Made by a program: the position numbers and the translations under genes. The notes under the pieces are model-generated. The model saw nothing but the letters and a program-made list of their open reading frames with translations, made no database searches and was not told the origin of the DNA. 55,606 nucleotides of DNA from Woeseia sp. (GTDB taxonomy: Bacteria > Pseudomonadota > Gammaproteobacteria > Steroidobacterales > Woeseiaceae): positions 1-55,606 of the forward strand of contig JBATFU010000345.1 in the NCBI GenBank assembly GCA_049665065.1, in the 5' to 3' direction. Positions within the stretch are counted from its first letter, which is position 1. Every line of letters begins with the position of its first letter. This document shows positions 48,799-55,606 of the stretch, piece by piece.

Positions 48799-50109
48799 TC
48801 AATCGTTGGGCAAAGGGGTTTGTGAAAACTGCACGGGCGTTTTCATGATGACTTCGCGATGCGGGTACGGAATCTTGATGTCGTTCTCTTTGAACACATC
48901 CCAAAGCGCCAGCAAGACTATGCCTCGAATGTTCGTTAAGCCTTTTTGCGGATCCCGAATCCAGAATCTCAGCAGGTAATTGACGGACGAGTCTCCGAAC
49001 TCGGTCATCCAGCACACCGGCGGGTTCCTGCTTGAATCGACACGATCAACCTTGCCGGTTGCCTCGATCGCCAGCCGCGAGACTTCGTGGGGATCGGCGT
49101 CATACGAAACACCGAATGGCACATCCAGCCGCACGTACTCGTCAGAAAACGACCAGTTGATAACCTCGCGAGTAATGAAATCCTCGTTCGGTATCAGGAA
49201 CTCGCGACCGTCGCGGGTCACAACCGACACGAAGCGCGCACGCAGTTCACGTATCCAGCCGAATGTCTCACCGAGAGAGATCGTGTCGCCCGGTTTGATC
49301 GACTGGTCGAGCAGAATGATGATGCCGGAGATAAAGTTCGAGACGACCTTCTGCAGACCAAAGCCGATACCGACACCAACCGCACCGGAAAGAACAGTGA
49401 GGGCTGTCAGGTTGATACCCAGACTCGACATCGCGGTGAGAATCGCAAACACCAGCAATGCAATGCGCAGGATCTTGCCGATCAAGACACGCAGTGATGG
49501 CGTCAGTTCGTCAATTTGCTGAACGCGGCGGTCGAGGAAATTGCCGATAGTGAGCGCCAGCCAGAGCATGACGCCCAGAAACACGACGCCCTTAATGAGG
49601 CCTAGTAGCGTCAGCGGCTCGTCACCGACACTGAAAAGCTGCGTACCACCGAGCATGTTGGCGACGTCGTCAGCAACGCCAAAAACCAGCAGGGCGACGT
49701 AGGCCCACGCAATAATCGTGAAGGCTTTTCCCAGTGCGCGACTGCGCATCACCTGCGAGACCAGCGAAATCACCAGCCACGCGCCGGACAGGACCATCGA
49801 TATGTAGATCAGGTTGTTCGATGCCGGCGCGCCAATAACGTCGGTCGCGACATAGGCAACGGCTAGCAACAGCACAAAGAACAGCCAGCGCAGCCGCCGC
49901 AACAGGGCAACAACAAAGCGCAGCACGCCGGGCATTTTCTTGATTTTCCGTGCCTGTTCTTCGAGCAGGGGCTCGATCCGCTTGGCCAGCAGGTGCGCCG
50001 GGAAAAACAGCAGGATAATTACGCCAAGCTGAACGTATACCGCGCTTTGGCTGAGATAGGCGACTGCCGAGTTGATAAATTCAGTGACGAAAGGGACGAT
50101 CTGTTCCAA
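48799..50109 (-). CDS. MscS-family mechanosensitive channel
   Basis: GAVGVGIGFGLQ..NFISG, IPNE and FGDSS. Probable TTG start at 50109. Confidence 0.9.
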   Translation of the reverse strand: MEQIVPFVTEFINSAVAYLSQSAVYVQLGVIILLFFPAHLLAKRIEPLLEEQARKIKKMPGVLRFVVALLRRLRWLFFVLLLAVAYVATDVIGAPASNNLIYISMVLSGAWLVISLVSQVMRSRALGKAFTIIAWAYVALLVFGVADDVANMLGGTQLFSVGDEPLTLLGLIKGVVFLGVMLWLALTIGNFLDRRVQQIDELTPSLRVLIGKILRIALLVFAILTAMSSLGINLTALTVLSGAVGVGIGFGLQKVVSNFISGIIILLDQSIKPGDTISLGETFGWIRELRARFVSVVTRDGREFLIPNEDFITREVINWSFSDEYVRLDVPFGVSYDADPHEVSRLAIEATGKVDRVDSSRNPPVCWMTEFGDSSVNYLLRFWIRDPQKGLTNIRGIVLLALWDVFKENDIKIPYPHREVIMKTPVQFSQTPLPND

Positions 50110-50184
50110 TTTTCTATCCTGTGACGAGGCTCGCGCTGTGAACGCGGCCAAGTATATCAGCGATGTGTCGCAAACCGGGCAGGT

Positions 50185-51444
50185 TCAGTCTTCAGACCAG
50201 GCTGCCGCCTCGTTTACCGCATCGACATCGTGTGGAAAATTCAATGCAAGCTCGGCGCGCTGCAGCGCGACCCGCGACATGCGTCGCGCCGCCTGTGCCA
50301 GGTTGTCATGACTGAGTGCGGCAATTGCTTTCAGGGCCTTTTGCGCCCGTATCTGAACTTCGACGGTTGCTGCGCCATCCCGCACCATGGGACGAAATGC
50401 ATCGTCCAGCAGTTCACGGCTGGAGAGCAGTGGTACGTTAACGCGATCAAACTTCACTTCAGTTTTCTCGTTTTCGCCCAGCGGCTCCGCCAGCGCACTG
50501 AAAAGTCGTATGAACGAACCCATTATCTCGATGGCTGTGCCCGGATCGTTGACGGCAGGTGACAGTGCGCGACTGGCTATCTCGGAAAGCGCGATCAGGC
50601 CGAAGCGAGGATCGTCGTCATAGATTCGCTTGCGCCCGAGATCGAACGCAGCTCGCACGGCTGAAATATCGGGTTCTCCCTGCCCCGCTGCGCCTTGCTC
50701 GATATAGGCGAGCGCCCGGCCCGGTGACACAAGAGTGCCGGGCACGGCGGCCAGCCAGATCTGCAGGTCGTTGGACTTGGCACAACTTTGTAGAGATTCC
50801 ATATTTATGTGCCGCACGTAACCGACCGATTCTGCCTCGACACGAACGCCCGACGCCTGCCTGCTGGTCGCCGGCTTGCCGCCCATCGCCGGCTTCAGGC
50901 GACGTTGTTGCAGAGCCAGCATTGCGGCCCTCTCGACCTTGTCAATGGTCGTGCCGATTCGCCCGAGCCGCGCGATCCAGTCAACCCAGCGAACGAAAGT
51001 CAGCACGACCCAGGTAAGCACCGCGATGGTCATCACAAAAAGTGTGAAGTTGCCGCCGCGATGGAAGAAACCGTTCTTCAGGGCAACCAGCGCGACAATC
51101 GTAAAGATAAAGGCGCCCATGAAAATTGACAGGGCATTCTTTGAGACGTCGTCGGCAATCAGCAATGAGAACGCGCGCGGAGTCGCCGTACTTGCTGCCG
51201 ATGCATAGGCCGAGACCATCGAGGCAACGGCGAGGGTGGCAATGACCAACATGCTCGACGCGGTGATTGACAGCAATACCTGGATGGAATCAGGTTGAAC
51301 TTCCGGCAGGCTATCGGCGATGGCCATGCCATCTGCAACTTTTGCCAGCAGCGCCGCACCAACTGACAGCAGGCAAAACGCCAGCGGGCGAACCCACAGG
51401 CGTTCGCGCAAACGATTGGTCAGAAAAACGAAGCGATCCCACAT
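50185..51444 (-). CDS. DUF2254 family membrane protein
   Basis: LWVRP, ATPR, GYV..I and EIASRALSPAVNDPGTA. Start placed at ATG 51444. Confidence 0.85.
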   Translation of the reverse strand: MWDRFVFLTNRLRERLWVRPLAFCLLSVGAALLAKVADGMAIADSLPEVQPDSIQVLLSITASSMLVIATLAVASMVSAYASAASTATPRAFSLLIADDVSKNALSIFMGAFIFTIVALVALKNGFFHRGGNFTLFVMTIAVLTWVVLTFVRWVDWIARLGRIGTTIDKVERAAMLALQQRRLKPAMGGKPATSRQASGVRVEAESVGYVRHINMESLQSCAKSNDLQIWLAAVPGTLVSPGRALAYIEQGAAGQGEPDISAVRAAFDLGRKRIYDDDPRFGLIALSEIASRALSPAVNDPGTAIEIMGSFIRLFSALAEPLGENEKTEVKFDRVNVPLLSSRELLDDAFRPMVRDGAATVEVQIRAQKALKAIAALSHDNLAQAARRMSRVALQRAELALNFPHDVDAVNEAAAWSED

Positions 51445-51653
51445 GGATGAAGTCCTGCTCGACAGTACAGTTGCGACGTAAGGCGGCCAACAGGGTTGGC
51501 TGCGCGGATTAACCTGATGGAAATTGCCGTAAGCTAAGGTAAGCAATTTCGCAACAAGATAATTGAAATCGGCTCGGCAGGTTGCCGGGCCGCACGGAGT
51601 GTAACATCAGCGACGCAGCCGGTGCGCAGGGTTGGGCCCGGAGAAAAGCTGGC

Positions 51654-52772
51654 TCAGCGTAGGCGAATATAGGCGCCGACGTCGTCACCACCAATTTCTG
51701 TCTCCGTCGAGTCGCGGTTGCGATCCGGGCCGAAAGAATAGACGAACACATAGCGCTTGCCGGACTGTCTGTCGCAGCGATCCCGAATCCAGTACGGCGA
51801 GTTCCACGGATCAATCAGGTAATTTGCGCGCTCTTCGGGGAGCCCCTGGCTCTGCAGCTGCGAAAACTCGCCGTTGAGGAGCCCGGTCTCCTCGTATTGC
51901 ACAACAAACGTATAGAGTCGCTTGTGCAGATTGCAGTTCGTATTGACGCGACCACTTTCGAAATCGCGACGGATTGCTTCTACCTCATCCTTGGCTGCCT
52001 GCAAGGTCGCCGGGTGTACGTCGCGCTGTACGCGGGACGCGGCGCCACAGACAAGGCCCAGCACGATAGTCAGCGCCCAGGCAGACAGCAGCCACAGCGG
52101 CAGCGCTCGCGCGGTGCTCGCCGCGGTCCCGGCGGCCGGCTGAATCATCGGCAACAGGCTGAACAGGATGCTGCTGCCGTACATCAACTCAACCCATTCG
52201 CCGGAATGGCCCCAGGGGTAAATGTCGTAGAGCAGGTAGGTTGCCAGGAACGATGGAATCAGCCAGGCCGAAGCCGCCACGATACCCATGCTTTTCAAAA
52301 CTTTGCGGGTTGCGCCAAACGCACCAAGCAGCGGCAAGACAATACCGTAGCCGACTATCGCGAGCGTCAGTACGAGCTTGCGAAAGCCCGTGTCAATGAC
52401 GTTATGAATGTTCAGCTCTTGCTGGAAATTGTTCTCGAGGAAATAAGCGGGGGGGCGGTAGCCAAATACGCGCTGGCCCCAGGAAAACTCTTCCATCGCC
52501 ACGAGAAAACAGAAAATTCCGAGGCCGTAGAAATACCAGGGAAAGCCGCCATTCGCTTCGCGGTATTTTTTTGCCGCATTGAACGCCGCGACGCTGCCGA
52601 GCAGAAACGCCCAGACGGTCGCCCATTCCATGTACTCGTCTTCCTGGATGCTGATGAAATACAGATCCTCGAAACGACTTTCCAGCACACCGGCATACAC
52701 CAGCGTGAGCAGAATCAGGGCATTCGCCAACAGGTCAAAGACGATCGGAGTCGGGTTGTTTTTTCGTGGCAT
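51654..52772 (-). CDS. Multi-pass membrane protein with a C-terminal GspG-like domain
   Basis: About seven TM segments with ED..EW, EEFSWGQR and N.QQE.N.HN motifs; C-terminal DPWNSPY...VYSFGPD...GGDD. Confidence 0.6.
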   Translation of the reverse strand: MPRKNNPTPIVFDLLANALILLTLVYAGVLESRFEDLYFISIQEDEYMEWATVWAFLLGSVAAFNAAKKYREANGGFPWYFYGLGIFCFLVAMEEFSWGQRVFGYRPPAYFLENNFQQELNIHNVIDTGFRKLVLTLAIVGYGIVLPLLGAFGATRKVLKSMGIVAASAWLIPSFLATYLLYDIYPWGHSGEWVELMYGSSILFSLLPMIQPAAGTAASTARALPLWLLSAWALTIVLGLVCGAASRVQRDVHPATLQAAKDEVEAIRRDFESGRVNTNCNLHKRLYTFVVQYEETGLLNGEFSQLQSQGLPEERANYLIDPWNSPYWIRDRCDRQSGKRYVFVYSFGPDRNRDSTETEIGGDDVGAYIRLR

Positions 52773-53059
52773 GTTCAGTTCCGGCGTCGTCGCGCAGCTA
52801 GTACCCGGGTTATTGAAGCGCGCCTGTTACCCGCTATGCAAGCCGGATTGCCGCGCACCGGCGGCTCGGATCAGCGGACAGAGAGGCTTGCGCGCAAACG
52901 TGAGTCCTCGAATCAAGGATAAGGATCCTGCCGAATTGCACAATGAGGACTTTTCCCCAGATAACGGCACGGACACTGCTGCTCAGCCCGGTTTGGGCAA
53001 GGAATGAGCTGGCAGGATATCGCTATCGGCGAGCGAACTGTGGCAGAGAGTCTGCCGGC

Positions 53060-54736
53060 CTACTCGAGTTGGCGGGCGGAATCGGCATTATCAGCCAGCG
53101 CACTTTGTTCGCGGCAGCCGTAGTACAGATCGAGGTTCGAGTCATACAGCGACGTCTCGATACCCAGCAAGCCCAGTTCAGTGTGGAACAGGTTGTCGTG
53201 GGAGGCGGGCGCATCGCTTACGGCCACAGCCTCGCCGAGTCTGCATTCTGGCCGAATCCGCTGATTGCGTGCCTCATCACTACTGAACCAGACGATCATT
53301 GGCACCTGCGTCTGTTCATCCGGTGCAAGCCGGTACGGCATGCCGTGCAGATACAGTCCGCTTTCACCAAGCGACTCGCCGTGGTCTGACACATAAATCA
53401 GCGACCCGTTGATTCGATCGGACTCGGCAGCCAGCGCGTCAATTGCGCTCGACACGACGTAGTCGGTGTAGAGAATCGTATTGTCGTAAGCGTTGACGAT
53501 TTCCGCAGTTGTGCAGTCACCAAAATTGGATGAGCGACAGTCAGGCTGGAAGGTCCGGAAACGATCCGGATAACGGCGGAAATAGGCGGGCCCATGGCTG
53601 CCAAGCTGATGCAGGACGATCAGCGTGTCCTGCCTGATACCGGGCAGTCGCGCCTGCAGCTCCTTGACCAGGATCTCATCGGTACAGCCGTCCTTGCCAC
53701 AGTCTGCGTCCAGCGTTGAATGATGCACGTCGTAGTTTTCAACGCGCGCGCAGATGCCTTTGCAGCCATTGCCATTGTCGAGCCACAGCACTTTGTAGCC
53801 AGCACGAGCCGCGATATCCAGCAGATTGTCCTCGTAGGCACTCGCTTTGCGATCAAAGTCATCTTTGCTTTCGGCGGCAAACATGCACGGCAGCGACATC
53901 GCCGTCGCGGTTCCGCAGGAGTCGACCGTCAGAAAATTGATGTTCTGCGTCTGCAACTGCGGATTGGTAGGCCGCCGGTAGCCGGCAAGACTGAAATTTG
54001 CTGCGCGCGCCGTCTCGCCGACAACGAGTACATGCACAGTAGGTTTCGCCGAGTGCGCCAGCACCAGCGCATGTTCGGCGTCCAGTCCGATCTGGCGATA
54101 CCGGGCAGGCCCTTCGAGTTCGTCACGAATAACCGAGTAGCTTGCCGAGACAATATTGGCGGGCGCGATCAGGTGGCGGATCTCGCGGTGGTTTCGCGCC
54201 AGCGAATAGATTTCCTTCTGGCTCAGCAGCAGCGGACCAACGATCATGACGAAGGAAACCAGCAGCGCGACGGTGCGACCGAGCAGCGCTGCGCCAAACC
54301 CGCGTTTCCGGAACGGGTAACGCCAGACCAGGATGGCTGGCAGGACCCCGAACAGGAAGACCGTGATCAGCAACGGTAAAGACATCAGGTCATAGGATTC
54401 ATCAACGTCAGTCTGGATAACATTCGTCAACATGCTGGCGTCGAACAGCACACCGTACTCGGCCGAGAAGTAACCCGCCGCAGAACCCAGAAGCAACGCA
54501 AGTGTCAGTATGAAACGAGTCGCGAAACCCACCGCCAGCAGCGAGAGAACCAGGCTGACAAGGCCAATGGTCAGGATGAAGACGCTCAGCATGTACACCG
54601 AGGTTGACGCGCCGGTTGGCGGACGCGCCGAGAAGACGACGCTCCAGTAAGCCACGTTGCAGGTAATGACCAGCCAGACACTGACAAGCAGGATCAATGC
54701 TTCGGGTCGCTTCAGGAAATTTCGCACAGACAACAT
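53060..54736 (-). CDS. eptA: Lipid A phosphoethanolamine transferase
   Basis: Five-TM N-terminus, VVGETARA, catalytic CGTAT..S.PCMF, HQLGSHGP and SDHGESLGE..LYLHG. Confidence 0.93.
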   Translation of the reverse strand: MLSVRNFLKRPEALILLVSVWLVITCNVAYWSVVFSARPPTGASTSVYMLSVFILTIGLVSLVLSLLAVGFATRFILTLALLLGSAAGYFSAEYGVLFDASMLTNVIQTDVDESYDLMSLPLLITVFLFGVLPAILVWRYPFRKRGFGAALLGRTVALLVSFVMIVGPLLLSQKEIYSLARNHREIRHLIAPANIVSASYSVIRDELEGPARYRQIGLDAEHALVLAHSAKPTVHVLVVGETARAANFSLAGYRRPTNPQLQTQNINFLTVDSCGTATAMSLPCMFAAESKDDFDRKASAYEDNLLDIAARAGYKVLWLDNGNGCKGICARVENYDVHHSTLDADCGKDGCTDEILVKELQARLPGIRQDTLIVLHQLGSHGPAYFRRYPDRFRTFQPDCRSSNFGDCTTAEIVNAYDNTILYTDYVVSSAIDALAAESDRINGSLIYVSDHGESLGESGLYLHGMPYRLAPDEQTQVPMIVWFSSDEARNQRIRPECRLGEAVAVSDAPASHDNLFHTELGLLGIETSLYDSNLDLYYGCREQSALADNADSARQLE

Positions 54737-54773
54737 CCATGTAATTGGAGAGTGCCTATGCTGGTTCAGAAAA

Positions 54774-54790
54774 CTTAAGGAACGCTTAAG
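54774..54790 (-). promoter_or_regulatory. PmrA/BasR-type box upstream of eptA
   Basis: Exact CTTAAG-N5-CTTAAG direct repeat 37 nt upstream of the eptA start. Confidence 0.75.
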
Positions 54791-54976
54791 CAGACTGCCT
54801 GCGGAGCAATTTGGCGGAAAAGTGAGGACCGGCGCACAGGCCCTGCCAGAAGCGGACCGTATTGGACCATGAATGCGCTGCCCGGCCCGTCAGCAGTCCC
54901 GCAACAGCTGCACTTGGGTGCACAGGGCTGCAAACCGCAGCGTCAGAGGCGAGCCGCTTTCTGCAGGACGCTTGGC

Positions 54977-55606
54977 TCAGATCGCCATTCTGACAATCAA
55001 TCCCTGGTTCGCCGCGATGCGCCCGTCACACACGTCCGCGTAGATTTTCGCCAGCCCTTCGAGTCCGTCGATATTGCGAAACTCGAGCCAGTCGCGGCTC
55101 TTTGCCGCGGTTTGCTGCATGAAGCCCGCAGATTTTTTCGCGAAGCCGTCGGGACCCCAATCCTGCATGCGTTTCTGGATATGCGACGGTGCAAAAAAGA
55201 ATTTGCTGCGTTCGCGAATGATGCCGCCGCCGTCTTTGGTATCGTCCCAGTGTGTCAGACCCACCTTGATGCAATAGCGCATGTTGTCGCCGAGGTGCGT
55301 GTGCAGACGCCCCATCACCTCGCCATTGCCAGCCATGTCGACAATGACAGTCGGGACAGTTGCGTCGATTGCGTCGACATTGTCGTAAGTGACACTTTGC
55401 TGGTAAAGACCGAGGTTGTTAACAAAAGCGAGGTTTCGCTTTGAGGTAACTGCAACTGCTGGAGGCGCTTGCGCGTCGTCGTCAATTGCGTAGGCCAGGC
55501 CAATACTCGTCTTGCTGGACGCGCTGACGATGACGACCTGTTTCGCGCCGTACCAGTCGTTGTCCTGTAAGGCATCCCACAGGCAGAACGAGGTGATGTA
55601 CAAGGG
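54977..55606 (-). CDS. DUF2855-like protein (partial, N-terminus beyond the right edge)
   Basis: LYITSF...SASSKTSIGLA...VD.AG...VG.THW...FFAP pattern; the frame is open to the window edge. Confidence 0.7.
   Translation of the reverse strand, partial: PLYITSFCLWDALQDNDWYGAKQVVIVSASSKTSIGLAYAIDDDAQAPPAVAVTSKRNLAFVNNLGLYQQSVTYDNVDAIDATVPTVIVDMAGNGEVMGRLHTHLGDNMRYCIKVGLTHWDDTKDGGGIIRERSKFFFAPSHIQKRMQDWGPDGFAKKSAGFMQQTAAKSRDWLEFRNIDGLEGLAKIYADVCDGRIAANQGLIVRMAI

Noticed and set aside
52902..53056. Scattered short inverted repeats (AGTCCTC/GAGGACT, ATCCTGCC/GGCAGGAT, GGCAGA/TCTGCC) as a structured RNA or MITE
   Set aside because: The 6-8 bp stems give no coherent fold, target-site duplication or second copy.
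53060..54736. eptA as a mobile mcr-type colistin resistance gene
   Set aside because: No IS element or pap2 neighbour; it has a native-looking regulatory box and a chromosomal context.

Overview
A gene-dense, GC-rich (about 60% by eye) stretch of bacterial chromosome. The gene order polA-engB-cytochrome c4-dsbA, plus exeAB and lptM, points to a gammaproteobacterium; a Woeseiaceae/Steroidobacterales-like lineage is my unverified guess. I found no tRNA, rRNA, CRISPR array, transposase, integrase or phage gene. In order, the window holds: the end of a mevalonate-pathway operon divergent from ispA-dinB-exeA-exeB-fakAB; SRAP and yadGH; a divergent flhD-like/flhC-like pair; nudC, an NRDE protein and an esterase; an 8-gene arginine operon; lptM-polA; a candidate sRNA; engB, cytochrome c4, dsbA and a YkuD protein; azlCD; two DUF1538 genes with PII-like and CBS genes; a Rieske/2x flavoprotein/GcvT catabolic cluster; a CHASE4 hybrid kinase with a REC-GGDEF-EAL protein; the bkd operon; mscS, DUF2254, a membrane protein with a GspG-like tail, eptA and a DUF2855 gene. 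Best leads: (1) the arg operon lacks argA, argJ and argE, but has a DUF1611/DgcN-like P-loop gene between argG and argC and a transcarbamylase with the succinyl-type signature (Ala90), suggesting a non-canonical N-acyl arginine pathway; (2) an FlhC-like gene paired with a tandem-duplicated FlhD-like gene, away from any flagellar or conjugative gene; (3) an unannotated sRNA of about 109 nt at the Spot42/ErsA/sX13 position, with C-rich loops and a sigma-E-type promoter; (4) a possible split N-demethylation pathway. All family assignments come from motifs recognised by eye, not from database searches.
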